A stretch of 34,206 nt of DNA, from positions 1 to 34,206 of the forward strand of contig CAZNNT010000004.1 of assembly GCA_964574495.1 (NCBI GenBank). Reading direction: 5' to 3'. This DNA is from an uncultured Candidatus Saccharibacteria bacterium (GTDB lineage: Bacteria; Patescibacteriota; Minisyncoccia; HO2-45-28). Positions 26,726 through 33,173 of this stretch are shown in pieces. The position numbers and the translations under genes are program-made. Position 1 is the stretch's first letter, and every line of letters starts with the position of its first letter. The notes beneath the pieces were generated by a model. It searched no databases, was not told the DNA's origin, and saw only the letters and a list, made by a program, of their open reading frames with translations.

Positions 26726-26843
26726 GATAACTGAAAAAGATGTAGACCGGGTTCGATTCCCGGCACCCCGACCAAGTTAGAAAAGCGCGAGGAATTTGAC
26801 TATTTTATATCGCGTTTAAAATCTTTGCCACTGAAAAGAGAAA

Positions 26844-26880
26844 GGCCTCGACCACAGCATTGGATGCCGCAGTCGAGGCC
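26844..26880 (-). terminator. Terminator after 26897..27460
   Basis: GGCCTCGAC...GTCGAGGCC stem followed on the minus strand by TTTCTCTTTT. Confidence 0.7.
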
Positions 26881-26896
26881 GTTGGCCGAGCCGAGA

Positions 26897-27460
26897 TCAG
26901 GCGAGCGCATGGGTAGCGGCTCCGATTTTCTGGCTCAACTGTTCGAGCGAGAGCAGAGTTTCCTCGCCCTCATTCGTCCAGAGACGACGCGTGCCGACTT
27001 CGCAGCTGACACGACGCGACTTGTCGCCGCGAGTGAAGGAGAAGATGAGCTTGGGGTTCTTCCTCGAGGGCATCTGAAACGCGATGACCTTGATTCCCGT
27101 CTGCTCGAGCTCCGCCTTCTTCACTTCGGGAAGAAGTTGTGCAAGAAGGTCGTCGCCCTTCTTGATGCGATCCGCGTACTGACCGTCCATCAGGTCGCTG
27201 AGACCATCGGACGGCTTGAAGCGCGGATTGAACGGGCACTCGCGGATGTTGCACTGTCTGCAAACGATACCCTTGACCTTCGACAGGTGGGGCTCTTCCA
27301 ACATCAGTGCACCGCGAGTCCACTCGGCCGTCTTCATTCCCGCGGCTTCGAGTTGCGGGATGAGGACTGTCGCCAAGTAGGGCTGATGATCCTCGGGGAT
27401 GAGACATCCCTTCGGAAAACAGCACGTTTCCAGAACGTTGAACGTTCTTTCAGTTTCCAC
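26897..27460 (-). CDS. Cys-rich hypothetical cargo protein (GC-rich, foreign-looking)
   Basis: GTG start with AAGGAG SD, own promoter and terminator; TCCFPKGC and CRQCNIRECPFNP. Confidence 0.75.
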   Translation of the reverse strand: METERTFNVLETCCFPKGCLIPEDHQPYLATVLIPQLEAAGMKTAEWTRGALMLEEPHLSKVKGIVCRQCNIRECPFNPRFKPSDGLSDLMDGQYADRIKKGDDLLAQLLPEVKKAELEQTGIKVIAFQMPSRKNPKLIFSFTRGDKSRRVSCEVGTRRLWTNEGEETLLSLEQLSQKIGAATHALA

Positions 27461-27488
27461 GGAATTCTCCTTTCGTTAGGTGTGTTTG

Positions 27489-27643
27489 TTTACTCGATTC
27501 TAGCAACGCATTACATACCTTTTATTAGATACACAATGCGTTGCTATCGAGTAAAAGCGTCTATCTCTGCTGTAAAAGAGCTAAATAATCCCGACTGGAT
27601 TACTGCCATCAATATAGCATATACGAGCTTGAAAGTCAAGCTC
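27489..27643 (-). promoter_or_regulatory. Promoter, operator-like palindrome, boxA-like motif and long leader hairpin
   Basis: TTGACT-17-TATATT (27639-27611); GAGCTTGA-AAG-TCAAGCTC over the -35; GCTCTTTTACA (27581-27571); 21-bp bulged stem at 27489-27555. Confidence 0.65.
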
Positions 27644-27699
27644 AACAGAAAAACCCCCTATTTTAGGGCTTTTTCTAGGTTTCTGTATTGGATTAAAAA

Positions 27700-27811
27700 A
27701 TTTTCTTTTCCCCGAATGCAAAACCGCCAATTCGTTTTTGAGCCCAAAATGCAATACGTTTTGACCGCCGAGCGAAGCGAGGCGGCTGTCTCAAACTTGC
27801 AATTTCCTAAA
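27700..27811 (+). mobile_element. Probable remnant of an integrative-element or recombinase C-terminal tail abutting the tRNA-Leu 3' end
   Basis: The frame reads FPRMQNRQFVFEPKMQYVLTAERSEAAVSNLQFPKWCPGWELNP into the antisense tRNA. This resembles tails of tRNA-targeting recombinase genes from recall; not searched. Confidence 0.4.
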
Positions 27812-27898
27812 TGGTGCCCGGGGTGGGAGTTGAACCCACATGGTATTGCTACCGACGGATCTTAAGTCCGTTGCGTCTGCCAGTTCCGCCACCCGGGC
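27812..27898 (-). tRNA. tRNA-Leu(TAA), CCA encoded
   Basis: GCCCGGG/CCCGGGC acceptor, ACGGA-CTTAAGA-TCCGT anticodon arm, long variable arm, GGTTCAACTCC. Confidence 0.95.
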
Positions 27899-27927
27899 AA
27901 TAGTAATTTAAAAAATAAAATTACATG

Positions 27928-27999
27928 AGGCCTGGGCGGGAATCGAACCCGCGTGTAAGGGTTTTGCAGACCCTTGCCTTACCACTTGGCTACCAGGCC
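27928..27999 (-). tRNA. tRNA-Cys(GCA), CCA not encoded
   Basis: GGCCTGG/CCAGGCC acceptor, AGGGT-CTGCAAA-ACCCT, GGTTCGATTCC, U73 discriminator. Confidence 0.95.
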
Positions 28000-28004
28000 G
28001 TCCG

Positions 28005-28340
28005 TCATTTTTCTTTTTTTAAAATTTCCTCCACTTTCATCCGCGCTTTTTCGCCCTTGTCTATTTTAAACTCAAAAACGGGCATATATTTGATTTTAAA
28101 ACGCTCTTTCATATATTTATAGAATTCTTTTTTGGAATTTTCAAGAGATCTCATGATTTCTTTTTCTCCGTCCTCCGGCCAGACGCTTATAAAAATTTTC
28201 GCCTCTTTAAATCCGGGAGTGATTTCAATTCTTGTCGCCGTAACCAAGACCCCGACGGCATCAATTTCCCGCTTAATAAAGTCCGCCGCGAGTTTTAAAA
28301 TAAGCGAGTGCGCGCGCCCGGCGCGCTTTTGACTTATCAT
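28005..28340 (-). CDS. rbfA: Ribosome-binding factor A
   Basis: Directly after infB; LVTATRIEITPGFKEAKIFISVWP...IKYMPVFEFKID. Confidence 0.88.
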   Translation of the reverse strand: MISQKRAGRAHSLILKLAADFIKREIDAVGVLVTATRIEITPGFKEAKIFISVWPEDGEKEIMRSLENSKKEFYKYMKERFKIKYMPVFEFKIDKGEKARMKVEEILKKEK

Positions 28341-29863
28341 ATTTCCGGCTTTATTTTTTCTTCCTCAATTATTTCCATTTCATCGCCCTCGGCCAAAGCG
28401 ATTTTGGCCGACACTCTCGCGCCAAATTCTTTTCCCTCTTCCACTTGCGCTACGCGTTGTTTGGCCTGCTCCAATTCCTGTATTTTACCCTCTCCAAGAA
28501 CATTGCCCCGCCTTTTTATCCTAAAGCGTTTGCCTCCGGCCACCATGCCCTTAAGAACCCGCCCGCCGATTATTTGGTCTTTCACGCCTTGTTTAAAAAT
28601 CCTGATAATCTTTGCCCGCCCCAGTTCTTTTTCCGCTATTTCTTCGGGCAGAATCTTTTTAATTTCGTCTTTCAGCCAGTCAATCACATCATATACCACC
28701 TCAAACACCTTTATTCTGACGGAAAATCTTTCCGCAAGATGGAGAGCCGTATTTTCTATGCCGACTTTGAAGCCGACAATAATGGAATTCGCGGAGCCGG
28801 AAGCGAACTTCACATCATCTTCACTGACAGCTCCGGTTTTGAGGCGCAATATTTTTATTTTTAATTTTTCCGATTCAAGTTTCTTAATTTCTCCCTCCAC
28901 GGCTTCGGCTGAACCGGCCATATCGGCCTTTATAATAATCGGTATTTCAAAAATTTTTCCGCCTTTATCCGGCGCTTGCGCGGCCGGAGACGGCTCTTTG
29001 GCTTTAAATTTTGACGCCGCTTCTTCGGCTTCTTTTTTTGAAAAAAATGTTTCAAAAGTAGAGCCGACTTCAGGCAAAAAATTAAACCCGACCACGCGCG
29101 CCGGCTGTCCTGGGGAGGCCTCTTTTATTTTGTGGCCGGCAAAATCCTCAAAAATTCTCACGGGCGCCGTCACTCCTCCGCTTGCGATAAATTGGCCCTG
29201 GCGCAAAACGCCGTTTTGAATTATTAAAGTGGCGGCGTTGCCCCGCTTGGAATCAAGATGACTTTCAATAATTACTCCCGAGGCCATCGCCTGCGGATCG
29301 GCCTTCAGTTCTTCCAAATCGCTTACTAATGTCACCACTTCCAGAAGATCGCCGATACCCTCGCCGGTCTTAGCCGATATCGGCACCAGCGGAATTTTTC
29401 CGCCCCATTCTTCAATCAGAACATTTTTCTCCGAGAGATCTTTTTTAACTTTTTCCAAATTGGCTCCGGATTTATCAATTTTATTTAAAGCGACGACGAA
29501 AGGAATGCCGGCCGAATTTATCGCCTCAAGCGCTTCGGAGGTCTGGGGCTTGATGCCGTCATCCGCCGCGATAACCAAAATCGCGAGGTCCGCGACTTTC
29601 GCGCCGCGGGACCGCATCTTTGAGAATGCTTCATGCCCCGGCGTATCAATGAAAGTTATTTTTCTCGCTTCGCCCTCTTTCGTGCCGACCAGCGCTTCAT
29701 ACGCTCCGATGTGCTGGGTTATGCCGCCGGATTCGTGTTCGGCGACATTTGTTTTTCGTATGTGGTCAAGAAGCGTGGTTTTGCCATGGTCAATATGCCC
29801 CATTATCACCACGATGGGGTTTCGCTCGGTCAATTTTTGATTTTGTTCGTTTGCTTCCTTCAT
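28337..29863 (-). CDS. infB: Translation initiation factor IF-2 (short, lacking the N-terminal domain)
   Basis: MGHIDHGKTTLLD, GGITQHIGAY, DTPGHEAF and NKID. Confidence 0.98.
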   Translation of the reverse strand: MKEANEQNQKLTERNPIVVIMGHIDHGKTTLLDHIRKTNVAEHESGGITQHIGAYEALVGTKEGEARKITFIDTPGHEAFSKMRSRGAKVADLAILVIAADDGIKPQTSEALEAINSAGIPFVVALNKIDKSGANLEKVKKDLSEKNVLIEEWGGKIPLVPISAKTGEGIGDLLEVVTLVSDLEELKADPQAMASGVIIESHLDSKRGNAATLIIQNGVLRQGQFIASGGVTAPVRIFEDFAGHKIKEASPGQPARVVGFNFLPEVGSTFETFFSKKEAEEAASKFKAKEPSPAAQAPDKGGKIFEIPIIIKADMAGSAEAVEGEIKKLESEKLKIKILRLKTGAVSEDDVKFASGSANSIIVGFKVGIENTALHLAERFSVRIKVFEVVYDVIDWLKDEIKKILPEEIAEKELGRAKIIRIFKQGVKDQIIGGRVLKGMVAGGKRFRIKRRGNVLGEGKIQELEQAKQRVAQVEEGKEFGARVSAKIALAEGDEMEIIEEEKIKPEI

Positions 29864-29894
29864 ATTTTATTTTGAAAAAATCAAGCATAACCGT

Positions 29895-30353
29895 TTATGC
29901 CGTGGCTTTCTCAATCGCCTCTTTTTCTTCATTGGAAAGCTGGTAATGCGACCCGCCTGCGGCTACCGGTTTGGCGTAAACTCTGCTTTGCTCTCTTCCG
30001 TAAAGTCCGGATACCACAAATCCGTTTTTCTTTTCGTCAAGCACGGCGATTGAAAAACTCTGTTCTCCCCCGACCCCTTCGTAAGGATTAAAACGCACAA
30101 TGCCCAAATGCTGGGCGCTTCTTTGAAGGCGTCTTTCCATGTGCCCCAAAAATTCATCAATCTCTTTTTCTTTTCTTAAAAAATGCTTAAGGCCGTCTTG
30201 AATTTCGGCAAGCACATTTTGCAGATTTTCGGCTCTGCTCCCTCGAAAAAGTTTTTTCAGCCGCAATTCAAACAAAATTAACCAGACAATACTGAAAGTG
30301 GCCGCGCTCAACGCAGCTATCGCGATCCACCCTGTTTGCTCGCCAAAAATCAT
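29895..30353 (-). CDS. DUF4446 family membrane-anchored protein
   Basis: N-terminal TM, coiled coil, GIVRFNPY..GGEQSFSIAVLD...GFVVS..YGRE.SRVYAKP...LS.EE.EA. Confidence 0.85.
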   Translation of the reverse strand: MIFGEQTGWIAIAALSAATFSIVWLILFELRLKKLFRGSRAENLQNVLAEIQDGLKHFLRKEKEIDEFLGHMERRLQRSAQHLGIVRFNPYEGVGGEQSFSIAVLDEKKNGFVVSGLYGREQSRVYAKPVAAGGSHYQLSNEEKEAIEKATA

Positions 30354-30448
30354 GTTTATAAGAATAACCTAAAATCATAAAAAAATAAAGATTGGCGGTG
30401 TCCGTTCGGATATTTTCAAATACACAGCGCAAAGCACGAGGTGTCGCC

Positions 30449-30477
30449 TTGACATAACTCCTAAATCAGAATAAAAT
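30449..30477 (+). promoter_or_regulatory. Sigma70-type promoter
   Basis: TTGACA-17 nt-TAAAAT. Confidence 0.75.
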
Positions 30478-30532
30478 TATCTAGCTCCTTAAAATCTAAA
30501 ATCGCGCAACCCAGGCTTAAAGGAGGTCAGTC

Positions 30533-30715
30533 ATGTCGAAGTGCCCTAATTGTGGTTCCCAAATCGAGATCAGTATCACATCCGATGAGAAGCAATGGAA
30601 ATGCGATGGCTGCGGCAAGAAATGCACAGGCGAGTCGATCCAAGAAGATGGTGAGCAGTACGACTTCTGTTCTATTGAATGCCGACGGCGCTGGGAAAGA
30701 AGGCGTGGTGGGTAA
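30533..30715 (+). CDS. Small Cys-rich metal-binding protein (Zn ribbon plus TRASH/YHS-like motif)
   Basis: AAGGAGGT SD; CPNC, CDGC and FCSIEC; own promoter and terminator. Confidence 0.75.
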   Translation: MSKCPNCGSQIEISITSDEKQWKCDGCGKKCTGESIQEDGEQYDFCSIECRRRWERRRGG

Positions 30716-30749
30716 CCCACTGAACGTGTCGCGCTCGATCAAGCCACCG

Positions 30750-30790
30750 TGGACGCTAGAAGTTCAACTCTTCCGGCGTCCATTTTTTTT
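30750..30790 (+). terminator. Intrinsic terminator
   Basis: TGGACGCTAGAAG...CTTCCGGCGTCCA-TTTTTTTT. Confidence 0.8.
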
Positions 30791-30919
30791 AAAGATAGCA
30801 TATTACTATCTTTATGTCAAAATTTTTGAGTAAAATTAACTGGCGCGGGTGCAGGATTTGAACCTGCGAGGGGATTTCTCCCCAACTGGTTTTCGAGACC
30901 CCGTACAAAATTTGACTAT

Positions 30920-31006
30920 CGGCGGGAGAGGGATTCGAACCCCCGATACCCTTTCGGGTATACCGCATTTCGAGTGCGGCCCGTTCGTCCACTCCGGCAT
31001 CCCGCC
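30920..31006 (-). tRNA. tRNA-Ser(CGA), intact inner copy, CCA not encoded
   Basis: GGCGGGA/TCCCGCC acceptor, CCGCA-CTCGAAA-TGCGG, variable arm ATACCC-GAAA-GGGTAT, GGTTCGAATCC, G73. Confidence 0.95.
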
Positions 31007-31042
31007 AAATTTTTATACGGGGCGAGCCAGCGCTTTAGTCCG

Positions 31043-31107
31043 GGGCGACAAATTTTTTATATTTATTACTGTAGTCGCCCGTCAAAAGCTACTTAAACGC
31101 TTTTGAC
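31043..31107 (-). repeat. Twin-hairpin insertion module (copy 2)
   Basis: Minus strand GTCAAAAGC-9 nt-GCTTTTGAC directly followed by GGGCGAC-(..AATATAAAAAAT..)-GTCGCCC. Confidence 0.75.
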
Positions 31108-31177
31108 CCGCTCAGCCAACCCACCTCAATATTGGTCATATTGAGTTTAGCAGAAGAAATTGATATTCCAAAAAAGT

Positions 31178-31336
31178 TTATTTAGGCGCCCTTAATCCCC
31201 AAATGCCCAAAATGAGCGAAGCCGCTATGGCTATTCCTATTATATAATCGGGCTTGACGGCATCGCGCGCTAAAATAGTGTAAGCTGCCATCAGCCAGAT
31301 AATAACTATTGTAATTGCGAGCCATGGGTACTTCAT
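31178..31336 (-). CDS. 52-aa two-TM small protein (YPW motif), paralog 1
   Basis: Manual translation MKYPWLAITIVIIWLMAAYTILARDAVKPDYIIGIAIAASLILGIWGLRAPK*. Confidence 0.75.
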   Translation of the reverse strand: MKYPWLAITIVIIWLMAAYTILARDAVKPDYIIGIAIAASLILGIWGLRAPK

Positions 31337-31372
31337 ACCAAATTTTTTAAATTTTTATGAATAATATGAGAT

Positions 31373-32926
31373 TCATGCTTCTCTTATTTCATTATACAAC
31401 TCCGGATATTTTTCGGCTAGCGCCGTGATTATCCCCATTAATTTTTCTTTGACCGCGTATTGCTTCTCTTCAATTCTAGCCGATGCCTCCCCCTCTTTTT
31501 CCGGCGCCTCCTCGGCAATATGCAAACTGGCCAGCGTTTCCAATTTCTTTGTTTCCTCTTGATGCGCCGGGGTCTTAACCTTAATGTCTTCAACGGAATG
31601 ATGCCTGAAAAATAATCTGGCGGCCTCTACCATATTAAAATTAACATCCAATTTTAGACAGACCATATCCACGATAACCAGCCCCCGCAAAAAAGCGATG
31701 ACATCCGAAGGAAACTTGAGTCGGTATTTTTCTATGGTCTTGGCGATTCTTAAAAACGCGCGGGCTGAACTTCTTTCGCTGATATCCGCTTCCTTGTTGC
31801 CGGTAAAAAAATTCCAGTCCTTGAGAATCGGCGCCACATCCTCGGTCAGGCGGCGCGTAATAAAGTCCAGGGTTACTTCGTAAATTTTTTGGATTTTGGA
31901 ATCGCTTTCTATCAATCCCCCGTATTCTTTGACAAGTCGCTTGTCTAAAAATTCAACAAGACCTTCAGCGCTTTCGCGAAAATCCATCTCCGTTGCTCCT
32001 TTGATGAAACGTAGTAGCCCAAAATTATCGTATAGAGACCGCCCGATTATTCCGAAATCAATGTAGCCGATTCGGCTTCCGGGAAAAATAAGGAGATTGG
32101 CTGGATGAGGGTCGGCATGGAAAAATCCGTCTATGAAATATTGCCTCATCAGGTCGTGTATGAAAGAATTGGCCGCGTCCAGCAGGTTTATTTTTCGTTC
32201 ATCCAGTATTTTTTTAAGGTCTTCCGGCCTGGTTTCCAGATAAACCATTATCCTTTTGGCCTGGCTCCCATCAAGAAATTCCTGCACTAGGACCTTTTTA
32301 GTCGTAAATTCCGGATATATTTTAGGGATAACCACATTTTCAAGATTATGCCTTTTTGCGTGCTCATAAAGAATTTTATTGTTTTGGGCTTCTTTGGATT
32401 AATCAAGTTCGTCGGAGAGCCACTCTTTCAGCTGGATTAAAATTTCTTTGGAAGAGACCGATTTTAAAATCCCCCAGAAATCTATAAAGAAAAAGGCCAA
32501 TTTTAAAAAGAGCAGGTCGGCTTTAATGTATTTATCGCTTTCGGGCTTCTGTATTTTGACCACTATATTTTCTCCGTTCAAAACCCCTTTATATACTTGG
32601 GCGAAAGAGGCCGAGCCAATCGGTCTTCTTTCAATTCGTTCAAAAACCTCTTCCAATTTTTTTCCGGCTTCTTTTTCAAAAACATCAAACATTCTTTCAT
32701 CCGAAACCGGCTTTACATTGTCTAAAATATCCATTAATCCCCGGGCGTAATTTATTGGCAGAATATCAAAACGCATCGCCAGAATCTGGCCGAGTTTTAT
32801 GTAAACGCCGCCCAACTCTTCAAGAATCAAGCGCAAGCGGGTCGGGCCGTCCGCGCGCTTCAAAAAATATTTAATTAAGACCGCCGGCAAAGAAAAAAGG
32901 CGCCCTATAAAAACCAAAAAAATCAT
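31373..32926 (-). pseudogene. ABC1/UbiB/AarF family kinase interrupted by one in-frame TAA at 32401-32399
   Basis: The two ORFs are in the same frame: YIKLGQ, IGSASFAQVY, VVKIQKP, ELD*SKEAQN, FFHADPHPAN and IDFG. Full length would be 517 codons. Confidence 0.85.
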
Positions 32927-32932
32927 AATAAT

Positions 32933-33091
32933 TCAGGCGGCGCTTTTAAAGCCGATCATGGCCAACACTATGGTCGTGACGGTGCCGGCTAAATACAGAT
33001 TGGTGGGATCCAGACGGCTGTCGTTAGATAGAACAACGGCAATCGCCACCCATATCCCCACAATCGTGACTAATGTCCAGGGATAACGCAT
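32933..33091 (-). CDS. 52-aa two-TM small protein (YPW motif), paralog 2
   Basis: Manual translation MRYPWTLVTIVGIWVAIAVVLSNDSRLDPTNLYLAGTVTTIVLAMIGFKSAA*. Confidence 0.75.
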   Translation of the reverse strand: MRYPWTLVTIVGIWVAIAVVLSNDSRLDPTNLYLAGTVTTIVLAMIGFKSAA

Positions 33092-33173
33092 AAATACATA
33101 TTACCAATTGACTTTTGCCTTTTCAATGCTAGATTTGGAAAGGGAAAAGAAACTTGAAAAGAAGGAGAGAAAG

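Larger units (their letters stand above)
26526..26774 (+). other. Interrupted outer tRNA-Pro(GGG) in three pieces (26526-26561, 26630-26633, 26740-26774) enclosing an intact tRNA-Pro
   Basis: The 5' half matches the inner tRNA except for one D-loop base; the 3' 35 nt are identical including CCA; the intervening sequence is hairpins plus the inner tRNA. Confidence 0.8.
30841..31125 (-). other. Interrupted outer tRNA-Ser(CGA) in three pieces (31125-31108, 31039-31027, 30898-30841) enclosing a different intact tRNA-Ser(CGA)
   Basis: The joined pieces give GGTGGGTTGGCTGAGCGG|ACTAAAGCGCTGG|TCTCGAAAACCAGTTGGGGAGAAATCCCCTCGCAGGTTCAAATCCTGCACCCGCGCCA, a near-complete Ser cloverleaf. Confidence 0.8.

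Noticed and set aside
26526-26774. CRISPR array or plain attL/attR interpretation of the tRNA-Pro repeats
   Set aside because: The repeats are tRNA halves, with no regular spacers and no cas genes. The 3' duplicate is only 14 nt from the tRNA, and a 5' duplicate plus an enclosing stem also exist, which simple integration does not explain.
26482-26775. 97-aa minus-strand ORF with repeated peptides, and similar ORFs at 30789..30992 and 30849..31106
   Set aside because: They are translations of tRNA sequences and their duplicates.
26825-27865. 346-aa plus-strand ORF
   Set aside because: It is a composite shadow frame: antisense to the 26897..27460 gene (which has the SD, promoter and terminator), then through a leader hairpin and into antisense tRNA-Leu. 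Only the last roughly 50 codons may be a real relic.
28308-29219. Long antisense ORFs over infB, and similar ones over fusA, recA, ileS, ftsK and glyQS
   Set aside because: They are shadows of well-conserved genes on the opposite strand, with no motifs or translation signals.
30841-31125. Group I/II intron or archaeal bulge-helix-bulge intron as the explanation for the interrupted tRNAs
   Set aside because: The inserts are far too short for group I or II catalytic cores, I could not identify P7 or domain V motifs, and no clear bulge-helix-bulge is visible at the junctions.
32399-32401. Alternative genetic code or stop readthrough
   Set aside because: TAA, TGA and TAG all terminate genes normally here (for example fusA TAA and recA TGA); this is an isolated event.
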